Notes: generated by a model from the letters alone, not told the origin. A DNA stretch of 63,745 nucleotides, filler included, from Hausera hauseri (GCA_046269625.1; 12 parts of 12 records of this genome joined end to end with filler, not necessarily neighbours in it); one strand, 5' to 3'. Positions 23,234-37,062 are shown, numbered from the whole stretch's first letter. Numbers and translations are program-made.

Positions 23234-26200
23234 TCAGGTTTAGCCCGTAAGATTTTAGCCTATTTCTTTATCAAAAGTTTTGGCACATCGCTATAAATTT
23301 TGTTGTCACTCGATAATTTAGTTAGAGGAGGAATATGTTGTCTTAGTCTATTTTCAGTAATATTTACGTTAATTAGTTCAACGAAATCCTTCTCAGCTAG
23401 CGCTAAATCAAGAAGCATCTCCACATTGAATCTCCGACTCTGTATGTACATTTTCCGGGTACATTTCGGGTTTTCGGAAACTATTACATCGAATTACGCA
23501 TCCCATTTGGGTTCATTCTGGTTTTCGGGAAGTCCATAGTCAATGGGAATGTCTGGTGGTTGGATTCGATTGGCATTTTGTACCATTTCTCTTATTTCAC
23601 ATAATTTCTGTTGCACCTCGACCATTCATGATATTCGAAAGCAGAACCCATTACCGGAATTCTGATATAGCAAGGTTCTTTAATAAATCCTCTTTGTTGA
23701 TAATTGGTTAGCTCAGAAGTTATTTCTCGTTGCTATCTCTGCACGAATTCTGATTCATTAGCTATTTCTGTTATTGTCAGCGCATATTTGTTTCTGTACG
23801 GATCTCTAGTTAGTTCCTCTATTTCGGTTTTTCTTTGGTTAAAACCAGTTTAGGTTTTATGAGCGTGATTCTGAAATTATCTCAATTTCCCGTCGTCAAT
23901 TTCGGCTATTTCTACTAACAACAACGTGAACTTACTCATCTTTAAAATTTTATAGTCTGGATCAATTTCGTCAATCAGTCTTTTCACGAACCCGGTTTCC
24001 TCAGAAGTGAGTTGGTGATGTTCCATTATTCATATTAGCTCGGTATGCCATTTTTAGTCTGACCCACGCATCCATTCATTTGGGTCACGTATGAATTTCA
24101 AAACTCCTTCTATTGTCAGTTTGTAATCAGGACAAATATCGAATAATTTTATTTCCTAAAATGAAATGCCCTTCACGGGTTTTGCAGCTACTTGTTGAAT
24201 TCTTTTTAACCGAACATTTCTTAATTCTCGAGAGAGATTACAAGTCATATCCCGTTTTGTAAGGAAATCAGTTCCTTCGATCATTCTATACACTTCGTTC
24301 ATCAATGTCATTTCTTTATTCTTATCCATACATTGGAGTTGTCCGGATATCCGTTTCTACTCTCATGGTATCTAAATTTCGCGAAAATTCTTCAAATTGG
24401 TATTTTATTATTGGTTCGTTTTCGGATTACTCTTTTAATTGGTCTTTTACTAATTGATTCAGTCTCAGTATTAATTTCGACCATTCTTTCAATTGGTTGG
24501 CTATATCAGGCTTTGTCAATATCGCTTTGTCTAATATTTTATAAGCATCCTTTAATTTGTCATCTGGGCCTCTTATAAAGCTCACAATGTTGTATAGGTA
24601 GCCAAATTCATCTTTGTACTTGTTGAATTCTAAAATACAAGATTCGTCATTGTTTGTAAACAGTATTCGGTTTCTTAAACTATAGAAATGCAATCGTTTT
24701 TCGTTCCCAGTTTAAACACGTGTTTCCAGGTTTTCGTAGAAGCAATTTTAATCATTTCCATTAGGGAGGAATATTTATCTAGTCTACCCAATATTTCTAA
24801 TTCGTTTTAATCTCGTTCACAAATCGGCTTTCTACTTAGTCGATCAGATCTAATTCTGTCCATTGCTTGCTCTAAATTACGTTTTACACTTTTAACTTCG
24901 AATTTGCTTCTAGCATCGCTAGCAATTTCTGGGCTTTCGCCACCTTTACATCGACGCTGTCTACATTTTTACCCCATGTTCCTGAAAATTCGACTCCACT
25001 TTTTAACCATGTTTCTAATTCATGTTCCCATCTAGCTAACAATTGTACAGGTACTTCTTAAAGTTGATCTAAGTCGACTGTTTTGCCAAGTTTTCCTTCA
25101 CTGCTTAATTTCAAACTCGTACAGTTTTTTAGCAAACTGCTCTTCCTTACCGGTAATATCTATTTGTTCAGTAATTCGTTTAAGTTTCTCTAAATTTTGC
25201 TGCGATACCTCCGGGTCATGACAGTGAATGTCTATTTTCTTTATTTCCTTAGCCTTTTTCCATAATCGTCTAATCTTCCACTTTTTTCGGTCGATTTCCT
25301 TATTTCGTTCTGTTTCCTCTTCATCAGTAAGCAGCAGACATATATCATTTATTTTATTCATCGATTCTGGTGATTCCCTTTTACAAATTGGTGTGATTTG
25401 ACCGAATTCTGATGTATTTAAACTAAGTTCTACCTCACTTCCTGCGGCGATTTCCGTTTCTTTCGTTTTCTCTGTTTTCTCCTTAGTCGTTTGAGATCGT
25501 GAACGGTTTCCGCGTTTTCGTTTAAATGAAGGACTTCGTCCTCTTTTTTCGTTATTTTGAGTATTGGCAGTTCCATGAATTCTTTTTCCTCTATATCAGC
25601 TTCTGAAATTTTGTTCACTTTCTCGACCGAATATTCGGATTCTGCGTCTAAATCAATGTCTGTTGAGGTTCACGGTCTATCCAGTAATATATTGGTGGGA
25701 CATTTCCCCTCCGCATCATACATGTTTGTTTTGGTGCTATTTCATATTCATATTCTGTTTGTGGCTCTCCTAATCCATGGTACACTTCTATTAATCGTAA
25801 TTTATTTTCATATTTATTTCGAGCCTTTAAAACCTGTGGATTATTTGTCTCGCCTTGACTTTTTATATATCTTCGTAAATCTTGCTCTCGATGACCATAG
25901 TTATAATACCTCGAGTACCATAAATCGCTTCTAAATTCTTGTTAGTCTTGATTATACTGGTTTTGTTAGGCTCAGTGAATGCATGACCTTGCAATGTGTC
26001 CTTCCTTATCACATGTAAAGCGAAATATATTGCCGTTTCTGACTACTCTTTGTCGATATTCTTTATTTATTGGCGATTTTGATCTACTTATATTTCTATT
26101 ATTCTGATTTGATGGACCTTGTCTGTTATCTCCATATTGTTGACCATCATTATATCAATTTCCGTTATTGAAGCTTTTGTAACTATCTTGGTTTCTGTTC

Positions 26201-27663
26201 GTAGCAAAATTTGACGTATTTGTTGAATTAATCCCGCTTCGGTCATTACCATAATTTCCATTGCTACTTCGGTTATTTTTATAATCATTCTGATTTCTGT
26301 TCTCATAAGTACTATTGAATCGTCTATTGTTCCTACCGGGATTATCATTCCGCTTTCTATCATTACGATCGTTTCGATCATTATTCCTTTTATGTCTATC
26401 GTTTTGTCTAGCATATTTATCTAATGCCATTTCGTAATCTTGAGCCAACTGCAAAATTTTCTCGAAATTTTCTGGTGGAGCCAGGATTAATTGCTTCNNN
26501 NNNNNNNGCTTCATTGAATCATTAGGCCAGATGCCGTTTATTAATTGCATCGTCATCATGACGTCTAAATCTGGCGAACTTGCCTTTTCTGCGGCGTCGC
26601 ATTCTGCATGTGTTTTAATCTTAGCTACGTTGGCTATTCTTAATGTACTTACATAAATATTAGCAACTTTCTTTAATGCAAAAGCAAATTGGGTTACCGA
26701 TTCACCCTTCTGTTGCATTCTATTTTAAAATTCCACGAGTTTTTGCTAAGGTGTTACCGTCGGTGGTAATTTACGATTCAAAGCTCCGACTGTGCAGGAC
26801 CACGATTTCCTTTCATCATTAGTAAGCTCATTATAAGCATCAGCAGCTAAATTTTTTAAGTATAAAGACAGACGTTTGATCATCACCTAGCACCTCCTGC
26901 GTGCAACTCGTAAGTTCTTAGGAATTTGTCCATTCCGTCCGGGTAATAATCATACGCCGGAAAATTCAGAGAGTCATAGGTAGAAATGTCTATCTTCTGC
27001 GCTACTGCTTGGTATTCTGCTGCCATATTATTATTTATGTTAATTACTTTATCTAATTTAGACTTATTTATCTTATGAGGTTCTCAACAACAGTTAAATC
27101 TTTTTCAACAGTTGGGCTACAAGTTAGTTAAATTCGGTTCAGATAATGCACGTTTATCGTAATTTATATCTCTCTGGTAGACCTTATTTCGTGTCTGGCA
27201 TAAAGTTTCGTTTTCAACATCGTATAATTTACCGTTCATGTTTTCGTCAGATTTATTTTTCTCAATACTCATTCGCTTGATACTTTTGTCCTTAGGTCAC
27301 TGGAATTTTCTTATTCCAAATTTAAAATTCAATCGATACTATAGTTCGATTATTTAATGTGATATACGCTGATCGCCGGTGTGTCGTTAATTATCTCTGT
27401 GAGCATATAGTCGAGAACTGAAATTCTAAATTTAAATTAGAAACATTTTTAAATTTTAAAAATTCAATCAGGAGTATTTACAAACTATCAAATTCTGATT
27501 CAGCAGACATACCTGGGGGGCGGGGATTTTCCAACTCTATCCAAGCTGGGCAACGATGTGGACGGCGTGGATGCGGCCGCAGCATACAATCTCTAAAAGT
27601 CGTCCTGCTAAAGTCGCCAAATGTTATAGTGTAGGTGAGTCCTATTGGACACCCGCTATAACA
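23234..27663 (-). mobile_element. 5' part of a large Gypsy-type element: LTR end (27622-27663), PBS, gag with CCHC, and >2.5 kb of decayed downstream coding sequence with no recognisable pol
   Basis: ..CTATAACA-TT-TGGCGACTTTAGCAGGA (tRNA-Arg-like PBS); gag QQKGESVTQFAFALKK; knuckle FTCDKEGHIARSC near 25980-26020. Confidence 0.8.
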
Positions 27664-27877
27664 NNNNNNNNNNNNNNNNNNNNNNNNNNNNNNNNNNNNN
27701 NNNNNNNTTAATTAATTAANNNNNNNNNNNNNNNNNNNNNNNNNNNNNNNNNNNNNNNNNNNNAGGTAATGTTCCTCAATGTATTATTTAACAGTTGTTA
27801 AATTAGTTGCTCTAGACATTCACAACTGTTTGAAAGTTTGTGCACAAAAACATAAAGAAGATAGAAATAAACCTTAC

Positions 27878-30800
27878 CTTCCTCTTCTCCACTCATTATC
27901 TCAATACCACTGGGATCAGGCAGGTAGAATGGAGTTGTTGCCAACAGCTCTCTCACCTGAAACATTATCAGGAATTTCTCTAAGTATAGTTCTGGTTTTT
28001 TATGTCACCGTTAGAATAAAAAAAATTTCGGCATAAACAAGCCAAAAAATGAACTTAAATAATGAAACAAGATGATTGCAAGCCAAGGTATAACACAATG
28101 TTAAGTCATCTATTTTCATTAACATAAATAAAAATTAAACCGTGTGGCAATTTTCCCTCAGATCTGACAGGTGGCTTGGACTCTGAGGAAAAACCTGCTA
28201 ATCTGGCACAAATTTAATCCAAACATGAATACAAATGGATTAAAAATTTGCCAAATAAAAATAAAAACAAACAATCAAACTCTCTGAAACACCACACACA
28301 TCTGTTTCCCTTGGTCTGGTGGAAGTACCACATACACCTGTTCCCCTTGGTCTGGTGGAAGTACCACACACATCTATTCCCCTTGGTCTGGTGGAAGTAC
28401 CACATACATCTGTTCCCCTTGGTCTGGTGGAAGTACCACACACATCTGTTCCCCTTGGTCAGGTGGAAGTACCACACACATCTAATCCCCTTGGTCTGGT
28501 GGAAGTACCTCACACATCTGTTCCCCTTGGTCAAGTGGAAGTACCACACACATCTGTTCCCCTTGGTCAGGTGGAAGTACCACACACATCTGTTCCCTTT
28601 GGTCAGGTGGAAGCACCACACACATCTGTTCCCCTTGGTCTGGGTTTGACATCAAAAACCAACATTGACCTGCTTTATCTGTAGCAACCACAATTTCATT
28701 TTCTATAAAACCACACACAAAATTTAAAAAAAAAAGGGTGTGCATTACAGAGGCTGCTGCTAATCTGAACATGAAAATACAGATGACATATCCATGTGAC
28801 TGGCTTAAAGTAAGTAACTGAAACTACCAAGAGAATGCAGATGTGGTGGTGTAGGAGGTAGTGTACTCATTAGTAAATCACATGGTTGTGGGTTCAATCC
28901 CAGCATTGATGGGTTGATTTTTTTTTGTTTTTACGAGACTGGCTCCAGGGTTTCTCTGGAAATTAAAAATAACCTGGCATTATGCTAACAACATGACTCA
29001 ATAGTGCGTCAGCAGTCTAGGAAAAATGTGGATCCTAGCTCTATATTCTGCATGAATGGGAACCTTTACAAAATACTGCTACAGGCATCTTGCATTTGTG
29101 TATTAAACAAAACAAGTGGGATTAGGAAGGCGTAAAAAGAAACACTTTGTCAGAAACATTATGTGAATCTTGGCACTATTTGAAAACCCAATTGGAATAA
29201 GGTAAAACGCATTTATAAGGAGCTGCTCACCACTTTTATGATCTGATCAGCTTTTGCCCTAGGCAACAAACGAAGTCCTGCAGTTGCTTTAAAAGTAAGT
29301 AGTGTCAGTGGCCGGTATAATTTAGGAACACTTTCTATGGCCTTCTGAAGTAAAGGCAGAAGAGCTTGTTGTGCCTAAAAATACACCACAATAAGAATAT
29401 TTGTAGAACTTTAAACAGTGTAATTTACTATTATACATACATCTGTCTGCTTCTTGCCTTTGTTCTGACACACAAAATTGCAGAGGAAATTAGAAGTAAA
29501 ATTAAAAGGACAAGTGTAATGACATCTGAAAATGACTGATACATGGTACACCACAAGTGAGTCAGCAGTTTTTCATAAAACTAATTAAATACTGAGGAAT
29601 CATCACTCAGATCCAAGAATTCATTTTGTACTTCACCAGAAATGCTGGCTAGAGGCAGGGAAGCAGGCAATATGCTTCAAACCAGCACAATTTCCTTGAC
29701 AGTAAGGTCAGCAAAGTACTGCTGTTCAGTAATCCTCTCCCACCAGATTCTCATACAATGCACCATCTGACTTCTCTACCACAGTGCAGAGAATTTCAAA
29801 AAACGGCAATGTTTCAAAGACTTACTTTTTTGCCACCTTATTTGTAGATAAGGTGACGTCAACAAAACAGATGGGGTAATCTTAAAAGAGAGCACCATAT
29901 GGGAACTGCAAAGACTGTCTATATTCAAAACTCCTTTATCAATGATTTGCTTTTCATTTATTAGAAGCGGTGTTATAACAATTTGTAGAATACTGTAGTG
30001 TAGTCATTTTGAAATAAACAAATAAATATTGTAAACCTTTCTGTTGAAACGTCCAATAAAAATAACAAATAAATTATAATAACCACAGCAACCAACTGAA
30101 AGCACTTGGTGGGAAGGGGGATTTCACAACCCAAAGGTTGGGCCCTACTGGTTTGAAGCCTAGATTTTCAGCAAGTAGAAACAAACTGACAAAGTGATCT
30201 TATATTGTATCTACAACATTATTTGAATAATGTCACAATTATTTTGATATTCTTCTATTTCTCAGTCAGGGCCAGGATTCAAACACTGTTCAAGAATTCT
30301 CAACATTTCCTTGTAGTGCATTCTGGTAAAAGAAGATGTAACCTCCTGCATGGTGATGACACTGCAATCCAGTCAACATTTTTCCAAAGGGTGTAACAGA
30401 AGCAGCCGCGGTGGTGTTGTTGTTAGTGTGCTCATCTGCCGATTATGTGGTCATGGGTTCAATCCCAGCTGTGGGCACTAATTTTTATTAAATTAAAATG
30501 GCTCTAGGGGCCCACCAGTCTAAAAAATTTGTACTGGAGAAATTCTCTGGGAAAGTAAAGGCAACCTAGCGTTATGATGACAACATAACCCAATTATGTA
30601 CCGATGTCAAAGAAAAAATGTGGACACTGACTCCACATTTACCTTTACATCTGCTTAGGCGTGTAAAGGAACTTTATGGAAGAGAAGCTCTGCTGACACC
30701 CAAAACAGTGGGGCATGCTCAAAAAAAGTTTAGGCATGCATCAAAGCCATGAGTTAGTTGACAAGTGATCACCACTGCATATGGAGGAAGTCCATAAGTG

Positions 30801-31743
30801 CTCTGACCTCTTCCCCACTAGGTTCAGCAGCACACAACAATCAATAATTCCAGTTCTGTGTTGCCTAATTATACTTCTACTGCTTTTAGGCTGTCACCCA
30901 TATCTGGTCACATCTTGCTGCCTTTCATGCTGTCTGGAGAGGGAGCTTACTGACTTCAGGACAAGATTTGTATCACAAAACAAAAATCCAGAAATGGCTG
31001 CAAGGCCAGCCTAGCCCTTGGATATAAGCAGTTTTTTTCTTCTTTCATTCATTATTTGATACATGCTGGCTGTGAGATCAGGAAAAGTCCTATACTGAGA
31101 CCTTTTTGTCGTAGTGAAATATTTAGTCTGTTTATTTTGCCAGCTTCCTTTTTTTGAATAAATATTTATGTTTAAAAGCTGCTTTCATCTTATGATTAGT
31201 CACAGGTTAATGAAGTCAGAACAAAGACACATACAATTATTATTGTCATGTTTTGTCCACCTATATGAAGCTAATCATTAGCCCCATCTTTCTCATGTAA
31301 ATTTTGATTCACCAATGTACTTATGCATGACAAGGTTATCAGCATCACAACACTGATGATACTTTTGAATCTACTGTGTTTTATATTCCATCAGCTGCCA
31401 TCTTGCATGTCATAGTAAAGCACATTTTGTAAAAAAAAAAAAAAAAATCTTACTCTTCTCAACAAGGACACATCTTCTTCCATTTCCCCACATACGCACA
31501 GCTTTATTGTTCTTCCTGTTTGTACATACTTTAGGAATTCCTTCTTTTGACCAATTATTAATGAGCAAATAATCCATGGTATTAATTGTTACTGATTATA
31601 TCTATTTACACTTCTTTCTTAACTGAATTGGTTCAGACAAAAAACGTGCTTTGAACTCACCTCTGAAGGACTGTCAGCATAAAACGAAATTCCTGGCTCA
31701 ACAGACTGATAAACCTCTTCCTCTAAAACAACCCCCGATATAT
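27878..31743 (-). CDS. Three internal exons of an ENTPD5/6-type NTPDase (31661-31743, 29231-29374, 27878-27956)
   Basis: Canonical AG/GT sites; spliced ISGVVLEEEVYQSVEPGISFYADSPSE|AQQALLPLLQKAIESVP..FKATAGLRLLPRAKADQIIKV|VRELLATTPFYLPDPSGIEIMSGEEE (apyrase conserved regions 2 and 3). Confidence 0.88.
28291..28642. repeat. 36-bp minisatellite, ~10 copies, intronic
   Basis: Unit CACACACATCTGTTCCCCTTGGTCTGGTGGAAGTAC repeated head to tail with few substitutions. Confidence 0.95.
28842..29090 (+). mobile_element. tRNA-derived SINE, degraded copy
   Basis: A-box/B-box head (GGGTTCAATCCC) and body similar to the 30404 and 53575 copies. Confidence 0.6.
30404..30676 (+). mobile_element. tRNA-derived SINE (body resembles arthropod Talua-type SINEs)
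   Basis: GGGTTCAATCCCAGCTGTGGGCA head; GGGGCCCACCAGTCTAAAAAATTTGTACTGG..GGGAAAGTAAAGGCAACC..GCGTTATGATGACAAC. Confidence 0.75.
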
Positions 31744-31914
31744 CTGTAAACAGAAATTTTCAGCTATAATTGTATGTAGATAATTCATTTACATATCTGC
31801 AAATTAATTACTTGTATACAATGGAAGCAGTGGTTCATACAAATATCTATATTATGCTGTTAATATTTCAATTACAAATGTTATTGCATAAGAAGGCTTC
31901 ATTTTAAGTGTCTC

Positions 31915-32600
31915 ACCTTGTAGCATGTCCTTTGCAGAACATTGCTCTCACTGCAGCCCACCTAAAAGACTTGATCTCTCACCATCCTCCTTCAATTTCA
32001 CGTTCAAAGTCTCTTTGATATCTTGTGTCTAACATCATCTTGGTGGATCATTTGCCTTGTGTGCTATAAACCACACGTTCCATTACTGTTCTTTCCGGAC
32101 CATCATGGTGTTTAATGTGGCAAAAGTAATTCAGTTTTCAAGATATGATACTTTTCATGAGCCAATTGTCATTGATGTTCATTTTTTGGAGCATGTCTTT
32201 GTTTTTTTCTCTTTTATTGTCTTTGTTTTTTTTTCTCTTTTTAGTCAATAATTTTCTAAGGAATTTTCTGCAGCACTTTGTTTTAAGGGAATATGTTATT
32301 TTCAGTACTGCTTCTGTAATTGTGGATAGAATCCAAGGGTCACCACTGGGAAGATACATGCTCTTAGTAGTTTTACTTTGAGTTACTGGTGTCATGACAT
32401 AGATTCTCTGTACTGGTTGAACTCTGCATTGCTAGAACTAGCAATCCTTCTCACTTCTTTTAAGCAATCCCCCTTGTTATATGTTATGGAGTCGAGATAT
32501 TCAAATTTTGACACTGTCAATTTCTTCACTGTTAATGGTAATTCCGAGTTGATGCCTAGATTTGTCAGTTATCATTATCTTTGATTTGTTTATATCCAAG
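31915..32600 (-). mobile_element. RTE-clade LINE 3' fragment
   Basis: INSEEID..KFEYL, KVKLLRACIFPVVT, KCCRKFLR, KLNYFCHIKHHDGPERTVME: RTE C-terminal motifs with frameshifts. Confidence 0.7.
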
Positions 32601-32780
32601 AAAAGGTAATGTTCCTCAATGTATTATTTAACAGTTGTTAAATTAGTTGCTCTAGACATTCACAACTGTTTGAAAGTTTGNNNNNNNNNNNNNNNNNNNN
32701 NNNNNNNNNNNNNNNNNNNNNNNNTTAATTAATTAANNNNNNNNNNNNNNNNNNNNNNNNNNNNNNNNNNNNNNNNNNNN

Positions 32781-35700
32781 AAAGGTCATAGCGCACGAGT
32801 CAACTCTAACGTCAACTTCGATAACACCAAACTGACAAACGGTGCTTTAAATTTTCTACGCAAATTTCTCCTGATTTATAACTTTCCTACTTCTACGTTC
32901 TCAACTCTGAAATTCTCCTCCAGATCTGAAATAATAATATTCTTAACTAACCTCTCAAGAGCAATCTTACCCTCAGCAGAACAAAAAATTATAAATCTGA
33001 TGAATAATTATAATATCATTACTTATGAGAACTCTGAGATTCCTCATAAATACCAATCCAAAAAATAAGCACACCCAGTACTCTAACATATGACCACCCA
33101 TTAATCTGACCCTCAACTCCTGCTATAACTCAACAATTTATAACTACTCAACCTACATCAACACTAACCATTACTGAAATACTTAACACATGTACTAAAG
33201 AACTAACCGATAGTACTACCCGAACGTCTATAGAATGCTACCTGAAATCCCCACTTAATACCAAAAATGATACACCACAAATAGAAACTAAAAATTCTGA
33301 AATCACAATTAAACCAACTGACTTTTCTTTGACTGAGACCATCTCTACAAGTGAAAATCACACTTACCCCAATACTAATTTTCCCTCTCATGCAGACCAA
33401 CTCAGTTCACCTACACAGCTTGTTTCCTTTATCTCTTCTTCTTCCACTTCTTCCTCCAACAAATCTTATTCCGATATCCTTAAAACTCCTAAACCTACAA
33501 ACGTAGCAGTTACTTTCAACCATCTGGACACTCCTCTTATTAATATTGGTAAAGATTTCAACAATTCAGTAAAACGCAAACTCAGAAAATGCAAACTTGA
33601 GACATGGTTCTTGACGGATGAAATTGATTATTAGGGCTACCAAATTTTCCTCAGACATAAAGCCTTATATATCTCATGGAATCTATTTCAAATTGCCTTT
33701 CCAAATACTACTGATGTCTTCACGCACCTTCACCTATCAACAAAAGATGCTAAACTAATACACTCCACTACTCACACATTCGTCTCACTCTGGCACAACC
33801 ACCACTGGTTACTTGCTTATATAAACAGAAATACCAGTTCTCTATATCTAATTGATCCCTTCTAATCCTCCGAATACACCAAAATCCCCAGGCAACTGTT
33901 ATATGCACGCCTTGATGTCTTCAAAGCTGTATTCAACATCCCCGAGTTAACGTTAAGAGGTAAATATGAACATAAAGACCACCAACCTCTCTCAAACTCT
34001 AATGACTGTGGTCCCTATGTCTGTGGCTACATGCCTCAACTAGCTGCAGATGCCACATATCTTAAAGTGGATGTAGAGTCTATACGAGCCTCCACCAATC
34101 TCTCTCCGGAATCTCGTCTATCAACCAATACTCCTGCCAAACCCTCATACACCGCTGGAGCTCCAAACTCCACCTCTGATGACTCCTCCAACTAACCAAC
34201 TAGTACTACAATGCAACCTAGGTCGTTGTTCCTTCCAATCGACATTCATACATAACACCTCTAAATTCCAACACGGAACCTTTCAACACTTAAAACTAAA
34301 AATTCACACCTCAGTCCCACACGACTCAGCCTTCTATTGCCTACTCTGTAAAGCCCAATTATCACTAACATCAGCCACCCGCCATTGCCGTGATACCCAC
34401 CGAGACGAACACAGTCAGGAAAACCCTACCTCTAACAACCTTCTAAAATTCCATAAATTTAACAATATAGATATCCCAATACAATCCTCGGATATTGACA
34501 GTGCATGGCTAAGTGACTGGACGATCGAACTCTACATCCTGGTGAAATGCGCTGATTATCCTGGTGTTCTGTTTGTGAATCCTATGTTGGCGTCTGCACT
34601 GCTAAAATCTGATGAAAGATCTCTATTCCAACATTTTCCCTTTAATTATTTTGCCAACTGGCAAATTATTCTGTGGCCCATATGCGTACGAGCCTCTCAC
34701 TGGTTACTCTTTGTCGCTGAACGCCCTAAGCACTGCTGCTTCCTAATCGATCCTGCCACCAATGGACCCACCCAAGAGCACACCGACAACCGCCAAACTT
34801 ACTGAACTACTATACCACTTCTTATACATCTCGACAGAGGAAGGCTTGGACAACTCTTTCCTTCATGACTACCCGTTACAACAAAAATGCGAGGATAGTG
34901 GTCACTTCGTGCTCCAATATTCTGTCCATTATGGCCAATACAGAAATCCTTTCTTTCCAAACTGCGACCCTAAAAAATGATAAAAGATGTAGCACAACTC
35001 GTACTTGAGTACCTGGACTTCCAAAAACTCAAGAAATAAAGAAGATAAAACCACCCATCCCTTTATTGAGAAAGCCCTATTATATATAAACACATCAGGC
35101 CTAGGGTCCACATACTTTCTCAAGGAAGCATCAAGAGCCAAAGAAGAACTCTTCCCAACACCTGAAAAAAATACCAGACACACAATCACAAACACTCGCC
35201 AAACGGAACAATCGTATCTCCTCCTTAAACTGGAATATAAAAGAGCTCTAAAATTGTCTACAATAAAATATTACATTCGTATATCAACATCTCACCCCCC
35301 TCGAGACAAACGGTGATTAGCCACAATACTCAAACCTCTCCAAACATTCCGGACATCAACTATACTTTCTATAATGCTCCCTTTTCCAAAGACGCCTTCA
35401 CTAACTCACCAATCTCCACTGACGATATCAAAAAAACTTTGAAGAAATGCAAAAAAGCATCCCTGGCGAAAATGACATCAAATACTCACACTGGAAAACC
35501 TTAGACCACAATTTTACTGCTCTGGAAACGTTATTCAACTATGTCCTCCTAAACTTGGACATCCCCGCAAAATGGAAATCATTCAGAACTACCTTGATAC
35601 CCAAACCAGGTCAAGAAGACTATTCATGCCTAATATCCTCATGGCGTCCAATTGCAGTCCTGGACACCTCTTACCGTATCTTTACCAAAATCATAAATAG

Positions 35701-36929
35701 CCGCCTTATGGAATAGATAGCCTTTGGAGACCTTTTACACTCCTATTAAAAAGCCATCGGAGCCTCCAATTCATACTCAAAACACAATTTCTTGTTGATA
35801 GCGCTCAAAGAGCATGTAGTTCCATAACCTAAAGAACATTTACATATGTGCTTCGTTGATATTAAGGAAGCATTCCCTTCAATCCCACACCACTTCATCA
35901 ATCACGACTTAGAAAAAATGGGTCTAAACCCACATACAAGACTTCTCATTCAAAAACTCTACAAAAATTGTCAATCCAGCTACACCTACGGTAACCTCCA
36001 TATACCTGCTCTAGGCATCAAACGTAGTGTTAGACAAGGTTGGCCCTTATCCATGACACTCTTCTCGCTCGTCATCAACTTCCTCTTAACCTAAGCTGGA
36101 CAAACAATCACCGATCCAGTAACACTAATCGACAAACCATTACACTCTTTGGCCTGCGCAGACGATGTACTTTACCTTGCAAAATCTCACGCTGACCTTC
36201 AAAACTCCTCAATAAAATAGCAGACTTAGCATCTAAGGTCAACCTCACATTTAATCCTAGCAAATGAGGCTACTTTAGAATGAATAAAAAAGATGATATG
36301 CCCGACCTACTTATCAACAGATAAATAGTACATACAATAATAGGTGATGACTATTATAAATACCTCGGCGTTCCCTTCGGCCACCAAAATAGACAACAAC
36401 TCGATGATCTACTACATCACAACCTCGAACTCTGGAACACCATTGCCAACTCTGCTCTCCACCCAGCCCAAAATATCCACGCATACAAAACATTTATCTT
36501 CTCCACCACACAATTCCACCTCCGCAACAAAGTAATTAATTGGACATCACTTGGACGTAACACCACTCATAAATCGGGAAATCTCACCTACCTAAACTTT
36601 GACGCCAAATTCATGCGCATTCTCAAAGACAAAATCCTAAAACCCCCACCAACGACGCTGGTACAGACTTCCCCTTTGTGGGCTCTGGCCAAGGCAGACT
36701 AAGCCCATGGAGGGTGAATATGCGATCGAAAGCATTGCCCAAGCTCACCAACCCCTTAATAGCGAAGACCACAACATTAGATACTTTGCCAAATGCCACC
36801 TCCTGCAAGTCACTCGTAACCGATTCCACAACATTCTGGAACTCTCTGAATCTTTGAGATGGATAAGCGCCGCCTCAACCGAAATAAAACATGCTTCAAG
36901 CATTACTTGGTGGAAAAAAATTCGACACT
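32781..36929 (+). mobile_element. NeSL-like non-LTR retrotransposon with two Ulp1/C48-like protease domains, a C2H2 finger and RT; truncated by a Polinton end
   Basis: HHWLLAYIN..YLIDPF..NSNDCGPYVC (~33600-34030); CLLCKAQLSLTSATRHCRDTH; AWLSDWTI..SHWLLFV..FLIDP..QQKCEDSG; RT SSWRPIAVLDTSYRIF, FVDIKEAFPSIPH, VRQGWPLS, LACADD, YKYLGVPFG. Confidence 0.85.
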
Positions 36930-37062
36930 AATAGTTAGATGTGAGTCCACTTAACCAAAGCCCCCCGGGGAAGAAAAAATGCATCAGAGCGCAGAAGTTG
37001 ACCAATCAGAGAGCAGGAAAAAAATTTGAGATTGACCAATCAGAGTGAAGGAAAACTGACCA
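36930..37062 (+). mobile_element. Polinton/Maverick-type terminal inverted repeat end
   Basis: AATAGTTAGATGTG..CCCCCCGGGGAAG aligns with the 46022 terminus AGTAGGTAGATATG..CCCCCCTGGGAAG; repeated TTGACCAATCAGA also seen in the 46200 spacer. Confidence 0.6.

Noticed and set aside
28291-28642. 36-bp repeats as a CRISPR array or repeat protein
   Set aside because: No unique spacers, no cas genes, eukaryotic intron; the ORFs in many frames arise from a stop-free 36-bp unit.
30404-30480. tRNA gene
   Set aside because: A/B boxes are present but continue into a shared SINE body in three copies; no convincing cloverleaf.
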